Below, one piece after another: positions 37,702 to 47,289 of a stretch of 64,000 nt of DNA (its first letter is position 1; each line of letters starts with the position of its first letter). A program made the position numbers and the translations under genes. This DNA is from Acutalibacteraceae bacterium (GTDB lineage Bacteria > Bacillota > Clostridia > Oscillospirales > Acutalibacteraceae). The stretch covers positions 5,717 through 69,716 of the forward strand of contig JAZSQK010000010.1 of assembly GCA_045537915.1 (NCBI GenBank), written 5' to 3'. The notes beneath the pieces are model-generated. The model made no database searches and was not told the origin of the DNA. It saw nothing but the letters and a program-made list of their open reading frames with translations.

Positions 37702-38867
37702 TGACCGCCCTGCTTTTAAAGCTTTTTATAAAAAAGGACGAAAACCACCCCGACTACAGAGCCCGGTGCGGTAACCTTACGGGTATAGTTGGTATTTTTT
37801 GCAACCTCTTTCTCTTTGTAATAAAGCTTACGGTTGGAGTTTTATCCTCCTCTATTTCAATAACAGCCGACGCCCTTAACAATCTTTCGGATATGGGCTC
37901 ATCGGTCGTAACTATGCTCGGTTTCCGCCTGGCCTCCAAGCCTGCTGATCCCGACCACCCCTACGGTCACGGAAGATTCGAATATGTTTCGGCATTTATC
38001 GTTTCGGGGCTTATAATTCTTGTTGGATTTGAGCTTCTGAAAAGCTCGGTGGACAAAATACTCCATCCGCAGCAGCTTGAATTTACCCTCTGGTCTGTAA
38101 TTATTCTTGTCTGCTCGGTTGTCGTAAAGCTCTGGATGTTCCTCTTTAACCGCAAGATAGGAAGAAAAATTGATTCAGACGCAGTTCTCGCAACGGCGGC
38201 CGACTCGAGAAACGACGCTCTTACTACAACCGCCATTCTCGCCTCTGTAGTAATTATGATGCTGACAGAAATAAACCTAGACGCTTATATCGGACTTCTA
38301 ATTTCTCTGTTTATTCTCTGGTCGGGCTTCAAGACAGCAAAGGACACCCTTGATCCGCTTCTGGGTGAGGCGCTTGACTCAGAAACCGCAAAGGAATTGG
38401 AACGGGAGATAATGTCATTTGACGGTTTTCTGGGGGTTCACGACCTTATTGCTCACAATTACGGTCCGGGCAGAAGCTTTGCCTCTGTTCATGTAGAGGT
38501 CCCAAGCAACACCGATATAGTAAAGTGCCACGAGCAGATAGACCTCTGCGAAAAGCTTGTCTTTGAGCGCACAGGCGTTCATCTTACAATTCATATGGAC
38601 CCTGTTGAGACCGATAATGAAAAACTAAATCTTGCAAAATCGGTAATCGCCGAAAGGATAAAGGAAATACATAGCTCTCTGACTATACACGATTTTCGTA
38701 TGACACCAAAAAGCGATGAGCGCACAAATCTCATTTTTGATGTTGTCATCCCCGCCGATTTGAACATAAAAAACTCCGAGCTCAAGACAAAAATTGAAGC
38801 TATAGCAAAACAGATAGACCCCACCTATTGCTGTGTTATTGAGTTTGATATTGATTTTGTAAAATAA
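37701..38867 (+). CDS. Cation diffusion facilitator family transporter
   Basis: ITADALNNLSDMGSS...DHPYGHGRFE...AADSRNDALTT are CDF signatures. C-terminal cytoplasmic domain. Confidence 0.85.
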   Translation: MTALLLKLFIKKDENHPDYRARCGNLTGIVGIFCNLFLFVIKLTVGVLSSSISITADALNNLSDMGSSVVTMLGFRLASKPADPDHPYGHGRFEYVSAFIVSGLIILVGFELLKSSVDKILHPQQLEFTLWSVIILVCSVVVKLWMFLFNRKIGRKIDSDAVLATAADSRNDALTTTAILASVVIMMLTEINLDAYIGLLISLFILWSGFKTAKDTLDPLLGEALDSETAKELEREIMSFDGFLGVHDLIAHNYGPGRSFASVHVEVPSNTDIVKCHEQIDLCEKLVFERTGVHLTIHMDPVETDNEKLNLAKSVIAERIKEIHSSLTIHDFRMTPKSDERTNLIFDVVIPADLNIKNSELKTKIEAIAKQIDPTYCCVIEFDIDFVK

Positions 38868-38930
38868 AGAAAGCCAAAAGCAAAAATTTGACTATCATAA
38901 ATGTCGGTAGTTTCGATTTGGATAAAATTT

Positions 38931-38960
38931 AAGCCGTGTGAATAATCACACGGCTTTTTG
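38931..38960. terminator. Bidirectional terminator
   Basis: AAGCCGTGTG-AATAAT-CACACGGCTT followed by TTTG. Confidence 0.7.
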
Positions 38961-39710
38961 TTATGCGTATTTTATTGGAGAAAAGTGAAAGGCTACGACC
39001 TTTATTTCGGGGAAGGCTTTTCTCATTTCCTCGCATAGCGGTTCTATTACAACATCCTCGGTATTGAAGTGTCCCGCATCGATAAGGGTTATCCCCGCCT
39101 CATGCGCCTCCATAAAGACATTATGCTTTACATCTGCGGTAACGAAGGCATCTGCTCCAGTTTTTAAAACATCGCCGAGCATACTGCCGCCCGAACCCGA
39201 ACAGACAGCCACCCTTTTTATAAATGAGGACTCTCCGACATATTTCGTCACTACAGACAGTTTTTCGCCGACAAATTTCGCAAACTCATCGCTTGTCATT
39301 GCCTCGCAAAGCTCACCTGTTCTGTAGGCAAAGCCCTCCGAATCCAAAACCTTTTCGACACTCTTTAGCCCTAACACATTGCAAAGGATATCATTTACTC
39401 CGCCGTCGGCCTGATCTAGATTTGTGTGCGCAGATATTACCGAAATTCCGTTTCTTATAAGTCTGTAAACGAGGGATTGCTCGGTAACCGATTTAAGTGG
39501 GTCGAAAATTACAGGATGGTGGGTAACGATGAGGTTTGCGCCTAGTCTTACCGCTTCGGTTACAGCCTCATCGGTTAAGTCCAGGCAGACAAGTATTCCC
39601 TCAATCCTTTGCCTCCCATCGCCGACAAGAAGACCTACGTTATCATATTCGAGGGCAGATGAAAAATCATACTTTTCATCTAAAAAATCATAAACATCGT
39701 AAACTATCAT
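38961..39710 (-). CDS. Nif3-like dinuclear metal centre protein
   Basis: LIVTHHPVIFDPLKS...ISAHTNLD... Confidence 0.85.
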   Translation of the reverse strand: MIVYDVYDFLDEKYDFSSALEYDNVGLLVGDGRQRIEGILVCLDLTDEAVTEAVRLGANLIVTHHPVIFDPLKSVTEQSLVYRLIRNGISVISAHTNLDQADGGVNDILCNVLGLKSVEKVLDSEGFAYRTGELCEAMTSDEFAKFVGEKLSVVTKYVGESSFIKRVAVCSGSGGSMLGDVLKTGADAFVTADVKHNVFMEAHEAGITLIDAGHFNTEDVVIEPLCEEMRKAFPEIKVVAFHFSPIKYA

Positions 39711-41398
39711 TTCTTAAACGAATCCTTTAGTGCTACCGTACGGTTGAAAATAAGATTGTCTGCTGTTGAATCCTTATCAAGACAGAAATAGCCCTGACGC
39801 ATAAACTGGAAGCCGTCACCAACCTTGGCGTTAGCGAGGGAAGCCTCTAACTTACAGCCCGAAAGAACGGTTAAGGACTCGGGATTCAGGTTATCAGCAA
39901 AAGAGGAAACTCCCTCCTCGTCAGACGGGTTTTCTACATTGAAAAGCCTATCATAAAGACGGACGGTAGCGTCTACAGCATGGTCGGCAGATACCCAGTG
40001 GAGCGTTCCCTTGACCTTTCTTCCGTCAGGGCTTTCTCCGCCGTAGGATTCGGGGTCATAGGTTACGTGAACACAGGTAATGTTACCATTCTCATCCTCT
40101 TCGTGAGAGGCGTATTTTACAAAATAGGCGCCCTTGAGTCTAACTTCCTTTGTTGGACAAAGTCTGAAATACTTTCCGGGAGGATCGAGCATAAAGTCGT
40201 CCTGTTCGATAAAAAGATTTTTCGAAAAGGTAACGGTTTTATTTCCAAGTTCCGGCTTATTGGGGTTAATCTCGACCGAAATTTCCTCGCACTTGCCGTC
40301 AGGATAGTTGTCAACGACCACTTTTAATGGACGAAGTACCGCCATAGCCCTGTCGGCATTAAGATTTAAATCATCACGTACACAGGACTCAAGAAGTGCA
40401 TAATCAATAACGCTGTAAGCCTTGCTGACACCGATTTTTTCAACAAAACTGCGGATAGCGGCGCTCGGGTAGCCTCTTCTTCTCATACCGCATATGGTAG
40501 CCATTCTCGGATCATCCCAACCCGAAACCAGACCGTCGTTAACGAGCTTTAAGCACTTTCTCTTCGACGTGAGAGTGTAGTTTACATTCATTCTCGCAAA
40601 CTCAATCTGACGGGAGGGCTCGGCAAGCTCTAACTTCTCTAAAAACCAGTTATAAAGGGGTCTGTGGTTTTCAAACTCCAGAGAGCAGAGCGAGTGGGTA
40701 ACCCCCTCTTTAGTATCCGAGAGAGGATGAGCAAAGTCGTACATAGGATAAACGCACCATTTATCCCCTGTTCTGTGATGGGAAACCTTCATAATTCTGT
40801 AGATTATGGGGTCACGCATATTGATGTTTGAGGATGCCATATCAATCTTTGCACGAAGTACCATAGCTCCGTTTTCAAACTCACCTGCGGTCATTCTTGC
40901 AAAGAGGTCACGGGACTCCCCGATAGGTCTGTTTCTGTAGGGGCTCTCCTTACCCGCTTCGGTCAGGGTTCCCCTCATTTCTCTTATCTCATCGGGAGTA
41001 GACTCATCAACATAGGCAAGGCCCTTATCAATAAGCTTATAGGCGCACTCGTGGATAAAATCGAAATAGTCGGAAGCAAAGTAGACGTTATCCCACTTAA
41101 AGCCGAGCCACTCGATATCCTCCTTAATGGCATCGACATACTCAACGTCCTCTTTTGTGGGGTTGGTGTCGTCAAGGCGGAGATTACATTTGCCGTTATA
41201 CTTTTCGGCAGTACCGAAATCTATGCAAATAGCCTTGGCGTGACCGATATGAAGATATCCGTTAGGCTCGGGCGGAAAACGGGTCTGAACCCTGTTGTAG
41301 ACACCCTCGGCTAAATCCTTATCAATAAAATCGTAAATAAAATTGGAGGGGGCAAGAGCTTCCTCTGCGCCTTCTTCTCTTATAATTTCTTCTGCCAT
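39707..41398 (-). CDS. glnS: Glutamine--tRNA ligase
   Basis: RFPPEPNGYLHIGHAK (HIGH) and LTSKRK (KMSKS-like). 563 aa. Confidence 0.9.
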   Translation of the reverse strand: MAEEIIREEGAEEALAPSNFIYDFIDKDLAEGVYNRVQTRFPPEPNGYLHIGHAKAICIDFGTAEKYNGKCNLRLDDTNPTKEDVEYVDAIKEDIEWLGFKWDNVYFASDYFDFIHECAYKLIDKGLAYVDESTPDEIREMRGTLTEAGKESPYRNRPIGESRDLFARMTAGEFENGAMVLRAKIDMASSNINMRDPIIYRIMKVSHHRTGDKWCVYPMYDFAHPLSDTKEGVTHSLCSLEFENHRPLYNWFLEKLELAEPSRQIEFARMNVNYTLTSKRKCLKLVNDGLVSGWDDPRMATICGMRRRGYPSAAIRSFVEKIGVSKAYSVIDYALLESCVRDDLNLNADRAMAVLRPLKVVVDNYPDGKCEEISVEINPNKPELGNKTVTFSKNLFIEQDDFMLDPPGKYFRLCPTKEVRLKGAYFVKYASHEEDENGNITCVHVTYDPESYGGESPDGRKVKGTLHWVSADHAVDATVRLYDRLFNVENPSDEEGVSSFADNLNPESLTVLSGCKLEASLANAKVGDGFQFMRQGYFCLDKDSTADNLIFNRTVALKDSFKK

Positions 41399-41400
41399 AA

Positions 41401-43053
41401 TTAAAGCTCCTTTATTGCAGAATCTATTCTCTTAATACACTCGTCATAGCCCAACACCTGCATTATACTGCAAAGGTCGGGGGTATTTCTTCTGCCTGTA
41501 ACAGCAAGGCGGAGAACGGTGGATAAATCTCCTGCGCTGCCCTTATAGGCCTCCTTGTTTGCCTTATATTCCTTAGTATCGGCGGCAAAGCCAAGCGGTA
41601 CACAAAGCTCTTTTATTCTGCCGAACCATTCTTCCTTAGTATCCTCGGCTTTGTATACCTTTTTATACTCCATAAGAAAGGCTTTTGCATCGGCAGCGGC
41701 TATATTTTCGGGCAACTCGAAGCCCTGCTCATAATATTCGGGATAAAAGTATGCGCAATATGCCTTCGCCTCGTTCCACTTTGCTATGTCCTTACGGGGC
41801 TTGGGTACATCACGGTCGATTGCGAATACCTTTTTGGTGTATTCGATATCCCTTGTTAAAACACCGTAAAACTCGCCATCAAACTCTTTCGCCCAATCGC
41901 AAAGCTTCTCTACAACCGTTTGGCTGTTCATTTTTGAAACTATATTCTTTGAAACATCATTTAACTTATCGTTATCGAAAAGGGCTCCCGAAACCGACAT
42001 TTTTTTAATATTGAACTTAAATTTCTTGTAAGATTCATCGGGGTTGGCTCGGCGCCAATCCTCAAACTCACTTGAGGCTACCGTCATAAGATATTCAATA
42101 ACGCTTAAAGCATCGTAGCCCTCCTCGGCAAAATAATGAACTGCCGCCTCGGGATCCTTACGCTTTGATATCTTTCTCTTAGCTCCGTTATCAAGCTTCA
42201 TAATGGGGGCAACGTGACAGAACTTGGGCACCTTGAAGCCAAGCAGCTTGAAAAGCTGAATGTGCTTGGGAACACTAGAAATCCACTCATCTCCCCTTAT
42301 AACGTGGGTGGTTCTCATAAGGTGGTCATCTACTGCGTGGGCAAAATGATAGGTGGGAATTCCGTCGGATTTTAAAAGGACAAAATCTTCATCATTTTCG
42401 GGCATTTCGACCTTACCCTTAATTCCGTCCTCAAAGAAAATTCTGTTTTCCTCTTTTCCGGGGGATTTCAGCCTGATTACATAGGGCTTTCCCTCATCAA
42501 TCAGGGCCTTTGCCTCATCGACCGTAATATTTCTATGAACGGCATACTCTGTGTGATAGCCTGTCCTTACCTTGTTCTTCTCCTGCTCAGCTCTGACCGC
42601 TTCAAGCTCCTCCGCAGTGCAAAAACAGGGATAAGCCAGTCCCTCTTTAATAAGCTTTTTCACATAGCACTGATATATCTCGGCACGCTTGCTCTGCTTA
42701 TAAGGGCCGTAGTTTCCCCTCTCTTCACTCGGAGTAACAAATCCCTCGTCGATATTTATCCCGAAACGGATAAGTCCGTTTATAATATCATCGATACCGC
42801 CCTCAATCTCACGCTTTTTATCGGTATCCTCTATCCTTGTGAAGAAAATACCGCCTGTTGAGTCGGCAGTTATTCGGTTAACAAGGGCCATAAAAAGTGT
42901 ACCAAGGTGGAGATAACCCGTAGGACTGGGGGCAATTCTGACCACCCTCGCACCCTCGTTAAGCTCCCTTACGGGATATAGGGCCTCATAGTATTCAGGT
43001 TCTTTTGTAATATTGGGAAGCAGAAGCTCCGCCATTCTTATTTGCTCGTTCAT
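41401..43053 (-). CDS. gltX: Glutamate--tRNA ligase (long form)
   Basis: RIAPSPTGYLHLGT (HIGH-like) and KISKRK (KMSKS). 550 aa. Confidence 0.9.
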   Translation of the reverse strand: MNEQIRMAELLLPNITKEPEYYEALYPVRELNEGARVVRIAPSPTGYLHLGTLFMALVNRITADSTGGIFFTRIEDTDKKREIEGGIDDIINGLIRFGINIDEGFVTPSEERGNYGPYKQSKRAEIYQCYVKKLIKEGLAYPCFCTAEELEAVRAEQEKNKVRTGYHTEYAVHRNITVDEAKALIDEGKPYVIRLKSPGKEENRIFFEDGIKGKVEMPENDEDFVLLKSDGIPTYHFAHAVDDHLMRTTHVIRGDEWISSVPKHIQLFKLLGFKVPKFCHVAPIMKLDNGAKRKISKRKDPEAAVHYFAEEGYDALSVIEYLMTVASSEFEDWRRANPDESYKKFKFNIKKMSVSGALFDNDKLNDVSKNIVSKMNSQTVVEKLCDWAKEFDGEFYGVLTRDIEYTKKVFAIDRDVPKPRKDIAKWNEAKAYCAYFYPEYYEQGFELPENIAAADAKAFLMEYKKVYKAEDTKEEWFGRIKELCVPLGFAADTKEYKANKEAYKGSAGDLSTVLRLAVTGRRNTPDLCSIMQVLGYDECIKRIDSAIKEL

Positions 43054-43109
43054 AACTACTCCTCTTACTCGGGTAAAAGAGCCGTCTTGATTAAAGACAG
43101 CTCTCTGAA

Positions 43110-43562
43110 TTACTTTTGCAACAGCTTGTTAAGCTCTTCCATAAAGGTGTTTATATCCCTGAACTGACGGTACACGCTTGCAAAACGAACATAGGCTACC
43201 TCGTCTATCTCGGAAAGTTTTTTCATAACAAGTTCGCCAATCTTCTCACTTGAAACCTCTCGGTCAAGGGAATTCTGAATCTCGCTCTCAATGTCATCAA
43301 TAGCCCTTTCAAGTGTTTCGAGAGAAACAGGCCTTTTCTCACAGGCACGAACCATACCGTTTAAGAGCTTCTCTCTTGAGAACGCCTGTCTGGTCTTGTC
43401 CTTTTTGATAACAATAATCGGAAGGCTCTCTATTATCTCGTAGGTAGTAAACCTCTTCTGACAGGATAAACACTCTCTTCTTCGACGGATGCGTTCGCCC
43501 TCATCTGTGGGACGGGAATCAATTACCTTGCTTTCTTCAAATGCGCAAAACGGACACTTCAT
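43110..43562 (-). CDS. nrdR: Transcriptional repressor NrdR
   Basis: [18 protein letters not shown]...[17 protein letters not shown] zinc ribbon plus ATP-cone. Confidence 0.95.
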   Translation of the reverse strand: MKCPFCAFEESKVIDSRPTDEGERIRRRRECLSCQKRFTTYEIIESLPIIVIKKDKTRQAFSREKLLNGMVRACEKRPVSLETLERAIDDIESEIQNSLDREVSSEKIGELVMKKLSEIDEVAYVRFASVYRQFRDINTFMEELNKLLQK

Positions 43563-43699
43563 AAACAAAGCCACCCCTATAAAAGTATATTATTAAAAAT
43601 ATATTAACATATTTTTCCCCTAAAAACAAGATTTTTGTATTGATAAAAGGAATAAATACTGCTAAAATAGGCTTATAAATCAACTTTGAGGTGAATATA

Positions 43700-44299
43700 A
43701 TGACTTTTCAGACCAAAAAACCCCTGCAGGGCGACACCGTTGCCGTTATGCACACCAATATGGGCGACATTAAAATAAAGCTTTTTGTAGACGAGGTCCC
43801 CAGAACAACAAAAAACTTCATTGAACTTGCAAAAAAGGATTATTATAACGGAATAATCTTCCACAGGGTTATAAAAGACTTTATGATTCAGGGCGGCGAC
43901 CCCACCGGAACCGGAATGGGCGGAGAGAGCATCTACGGAGAGAAATTTGAGGATGAATTCGATGCAAGACTCCATAATATAAGAGGCGCTCTTTCTATGG
44001 CAAACGCAGGGCCCAACACAAACGGTTCACAGTTCTTCATCGTTCAGTCGGGCGGAGAAATCCCCGAGCATCTTCTTTCCCAGATGGAAGATTTGAAGGA
44101 CAGAGGCTTCCCTGAAGATACCATCGAGGACTATAAGGCTCTCGGAGGCACCCCCTGGCTCGACTTCAAGCATAGCGTTTTCGGTCAGGTTTATGAGGGA
44201 ATGGATACGGTGGACAATATCGCAAATGTCCGCACAGGCCCAATGGACAAGCCCTTACACGATGTAGTGATAGAAGGTATTGAAATAATAGAGTTATAA
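43700..44299 (+). CDS. ppiB: Cyclophilin-type peptidyl-prolyl isomerase
   Basis: [27 protein letters not shown] and [15 protein letters not shown]. Confidence 0.9.
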   Translation: MTFQTKKPLQGDTVAVMHTNMGDIKIKLFVDEVPRTTKNFIELAKKDYYNGIIFHRVIKDFMIQGGDPTGTGMGGESIYGEKFEDEFDARLHNIRGALSMANAGPNTNGSQFFIVQSGGEIPEHLLSQMEDLKDRGFPEDTIEDYKALGGTPWLDFKHSVFGQVYEGMDTVDNIANVRTGPMDKPLHDVVIEGIEIIEL

Positions 44300-44306
44300 T
44301 AATGAC

Positions 44307-44338
44307 AAAAGCGTAGCAGTTCTGCTACGCTTTTATTT
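44307..44338. terminator. Bidirectional terminator
   Basis: GCGTAGCAG-TT-CTGCTACGC flanked by AAAA and TTTT. Confidence 0.7.
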
Positions 44339-44815
44339 TACCCTTACAATGCTCGGCATAATTCCCTTCTCGGTTATATCAACAAGGGCAAAGCTTGTGT
44401 ACCCGAGGGTTCCCGAACCAATGGACCCCGGATTCACAAAATATATCCCGTCTGCATATTCTGTTTTAGCGGTATGTGTGTGTCCGTAGAGCACAAGGTC
44501 TGCTCCCCTCGCACTTGCGGCTGCGTAAAGCTTTTCCATCGACTGCTTAACATAGTAGGAATGACCGTGGGTAAAGAATATTTTTTTACCGTAAAGGGTT
44601 ATCATATCCTCGCTTTTGAAAAGTGTATGACCGTCACAGTTACCCTGGGCTATATGAAAGGTTCGGTCGGAATATATATACTGACAGTCCTCTATATCCG
44701 AAACGCAGTCCCCCAAAAAGAAAATATGCTTTACCTCGGGGTAGGCCTCTATTACCTTTTCAATCTCGCCCACCCTCCCGTGAGAATCCGATATTACAAG
44801 TATGTACACACTCAT
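44333..44815 (-). CDS. YfcE/MJ0936-family metallophosphoesterase
   Basis: ILVISDSHG, FLGDCV, THGHSY, YGHTH. Confidence 0.85.
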   Translation of the reverse strand: MSVYILVISDSHGRVGEIEKVIEAYPEVKHIFFLGDCVSDIEDCQYIYSDRTFHIAQGNCDGHTLFKSEDMITLYGKKIFFTHGHSYYVKQSMEKLYAAASARGADLVLYGHTHTAKTEYADGIYFVNPGSIGSGTLGYTSFALVDITEKGIMPSIVRVK

Positions 44816-44870
44816 ACCTCCCTGCCTTCAATCATATTATTTAGTATACCTTTAAAACGTGGTGATTTCA

Positions 44871-45053
44871 ATGAATAATAACGATTTCTCGAAAATACTA
44901 AACGGCGTTGATCCCGTAAACCTTATGTCCAAGCTAGATGATAAGGACAAAATGCTCTTTGATTCTCTGATGAAGGATAAAGCCGCAAGGGAAAAGTTTC
45001 TCTCCTCCGACGAAGCGCAAAAAATAATCAAAGAAATTCTTGGAGGCCAGTGA
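44871..45053 (+). CDS. Small hypothetical protein (60 aa)
   Basis: ORF only. First of three tightly packed small ORFs. Confidence 0.4.
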   Translation: MNNNDFSKILNGVDPVNLMSKLDDKDKMLFDSLMKDKAAREKFLSSDEAQKIIKEILGGQ

Positions 45054-45054
45054 T

Positions 45055-45408
45055 ATGTCCGACCTTACAGAGCAACTCTCCTCTATTCTCTCCGACCCTG
45101 CGGGAATGGAGCGGATAAAGGCGATGGCGCAGAGTCTTCTCTCCTCAAACAGCGGTCAGTCTGACCAAGCGGGGGAGCCAGATACTGTCCCCTCGCCCCA
45201 AACACCGCCGCAGCCAGACCTTTCGGGTATTGCTAATATGGCAAAAATGCTCGGCTCCCGTAAGGACGATAGCAGAGTAAATCTTCTTTTGGCACTCCGC
45301 CCCCATCTTTCACAGGAAAAACAGCTACGTGTAGATAAGGCGGTAAAAATGCTGCGGCTTCTTGACCTTGCGCCTCTGCTCAGTCAGGCGGGAATTTTTG
45401 AATTGTAG
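45055..45408 (+). CDS. Small hypothetical protein (117 aa), Pro/Ser/Gln-rich middle
   Basis: GGAGG 7 nt upstream. The start abuts the previous stop (TGATATG). Confidence 0.5.
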   Translation: MSDLTEQLSSILSDPAGMERIKAMAQSLLSSNSGQSDQAGEPDTVPSPQTPPQPDLSGIANMAKMLGSRKDDSRVNLLLALRPHLSQEKQLRVDKAVKMLRLLDLAPLLSQAGIFEL

Positions 45409-45423
45409 GAGGTATATTGCCTT

Positions 45424-45783
45424 ATGAGTGATTTTAGTAAGGAGGATTTTGAGCGGATGAAGCAGACGGCGGCAGAGCAGGTAATGCAGATGCACAAAAA
45501 CCGTCCCGATATGCCTCCATTTCCAAGCTTTGTCCGTGTGCCGACAAAGGACTCTCGCCCTTCTGAAAATTCCCCTTCGCCCTCTAACCATAGCGCATCG
45601 CAACAGAATGTAACCACCTCGGCTGTGCAAAAAAGCAGACTCAATTCCCTTTTAAAATACATAAATCTGCCCGAACTTGCAAAGAACAATGACTCTCTTC
45701 TGCTTTTGGGGCTGATTTTTCTTCTTTCTTCGGAATCGGCAGACGAAAAGCTTATTCTGGCTCTTGCATATATTTTACTTTAA
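45424..45783 (+). CDS. Small hypothetical protein (119 aa) with hydrophobic C-terminus
   Basis: AGGAGG SD. The C-terminal LLLLGLIFLLSS...LILALAYILL is hydrophobic. Confidence 0.5.
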   Translation: MSDFSKEDFERMKQTAAEQVMQMHKNRPDMPPFPSFVRVPTKDSRPSENSPSPSNHSASQQNVTTSAVQKSRLNSLLKYINLPELAKNNDSLLLLGLIFLLSSESADEKLILALAYILL

Positions 45784-45798
45784 ATGATTTTTTTCTTA

Positions 45799-45860
45799 AA
45801 AATTGTAGCCCGAAAGCGCTTATAAACGGCGCTGAAAAGGTTACAATTTTTTATCTTTTC
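45799..45860 (+). terminator. Compound hairpin plus T-run after the three small ORFs
   Basis: AAAATTGTAGCC...GGTTACAATTTT encloses AGCGC...GCGCT, then TTTTTATCTTTTCC. Confidence 0.55.
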
Positions 45861-46161
45861 CGACAAAAAATAAATCTTATGTAAACAGATAAAACCTTTA
45901 AAGTTATTAAGGTTTTCCACCGTTTAATTAACATTTTCGAGCTTAAAAGCCGATAATATGGCTGATTTTTTTCTAAATATGTTAATAACTCGGTTAATAA
46001 TGTTAAAAAATTCAACTTTTCAAAAGGTAATATAAAAACATTATGTAAAGCTATTAAGGTTTTGCGACGTCTTGACATTGACTACAAAAGCATTTACTTT
46101 CCTTTTATTTTAATGTATAATCTTTTTGGCGTCTACAAAAGGTCATTTAGGATGTGAAAAG

Positions 46162-46644
46162 ATGAAATTACTGATTCGGTCCGGCGCTCTGTTAGTACTT
46201 CTTTGTTGTTTGGTTATCACAACGGTCGGTTGTTCTTCCGATAGCAATCTCAGCGCAAAGACCATTGCGAACGAAATTAAAAGCTACTCTGCCGATACAA
46301 TTTCCTGGCAGGAGCTTTCGGCAACCCAGTTATCCTCTTACTTCGGTTTTACCGATGAGAATGTTGACGAGTACACAGTATATGTAAACGGTGCAGACGA
46401 CCATTTTGACATAATTGCCGCAGTGAGACCGGCACAGAGTGAGGATCATTCTAAAATAGTAGAGGGCTTTACCTTTGCGGTCAACAATGCTTCGGCAAAT
46501 TACAAGGCATCAAACACTACAGAATATAAAAAAATTTCCTCCGCTCTTATAAAAGAGGCCGACGGAATTCTTATTCTGGTTGCGCTGGATAGTTATGATT
46601 TGGTTAACGCCTATCTTAATGAAATCGGAGCTAAAAATCCTTGA
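46162..46644 (+). CDS. Lipoprotein, unknown function
   Basis: MKLLIRSGALLVLLCCLVITTVGCSS lipobox. Confidence 0.65.
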   Translation: MKLLIRSGALLVLLCCLVITTVGCSSDSNLSAKTIANEIKSYSADTISWQELSATQLSSYFGFTDENVDEYTVYVNGADDHFDIIAAVRPAQSEDHSKIVEGFTFAVNNASANYKASNTTEYKKISSALIKEADGILILVALDSYDLVNAYLNEIGAKNP

Positions 46645-46656
46645 TTTATTTAAAGT

Positions 46657-46690
46657 AAAAAGTGTGTGGATTTCTCCACACACTTTTTTA
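46657..46690. terminator. Bidirectional terminator
   Basis: AAAAGTGTGTGGA-TTTC-TCCACACACTTTT. Confidence 0.75.
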
Positions 46691-47149
46691 ATCTTTATAT
46701 TTTAAATCCTCTGTTTGCCAGTTTTCGAGTACTCCTGCCATTTCGGCGGCTATCCGTCTTGCGCCCTCAAGGTCGTGCTCTTTGTAATTTCCACACTCGG
46801 CAGCCGTAGCTCCGGGTATCTCGCCCTCGAAATCTGCCGCAAACTCCATAGACTGTCTTACTATTTCAATGGCTCTTTTGTAAGAAACAGTATCTCGGGT
46901 AAGAAAATAAAATCCCGTTCTGCAACCCATCGGCCCAACATATATTACCGATTCTGCCTCAGCGGTGTTTCTCGCATAGGTCGCAAAAAGGTGCTCTAAT
47001 GTATGGGCGGCGGCAATCGGCAGATAATCATTATTGTTAGGTTTTTTCATTCTTATATCATAGGTTATGATATCTCCGTCTATTCTTGATATATACATAC
47101 CCTTATCGAGTGTATCGTGGTTGACGGTGAAACTTGCTATCTTTTTCAT
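46688..47149 (-). CDS. luxS: S-ribosylhomocysteine lyase
   Basis: SFTVNHDTL...HTLEHLFATYARN...GPMGCRTGFY (HxxEH plus Cys metal ligands). AGGAG SD before the ATG at 47149. Confidence 0.9.
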   Translation of the reverse strand: MKKIASFTVNHDTLDKGMYISRIDGDIITYDIRMKKPNNNDYLPIAAAHTLEHLFATYARNTAEAESVIYVGPMGCRTGFYFLTRDTVSYKRAIEIVRQSMEFAADFEGEIPGATAAECGNYKEHDLEGARRIAAEMAGVLENWQTEDLKYKD

Positions 47150-47254
47150 AAGCGCTCCTAATCGTTGTTCACTAAATTTTATTGTATCATAAATTAGTTT
47201 CAATGTAAAGTTTTCATTTTTTGAATATTTTTCACAAAAGTTTTTAACTTTTAC

Positions 47255-47283
47255 TTGACAAATTGTGAATTATGTGGTATATT
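47255..47283 (+). promoter_or_regulatory. Strong sigma-70-type promoter (extended -10)
   Basis: TTGACA-17 nt-(TGg)TATATT. Confidence 0.7.
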
Positions 47284-47289
47284 AAAAAC

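Noticed and set aside
45851-46078. ORF (-, 75 aa) in the AT-rich spacer
   Set aside because: No SD, an Arg/Leu/Lys-rich translation typical of AT-rich non-coding DNA, and it spans repeat motifs and a terminator region.
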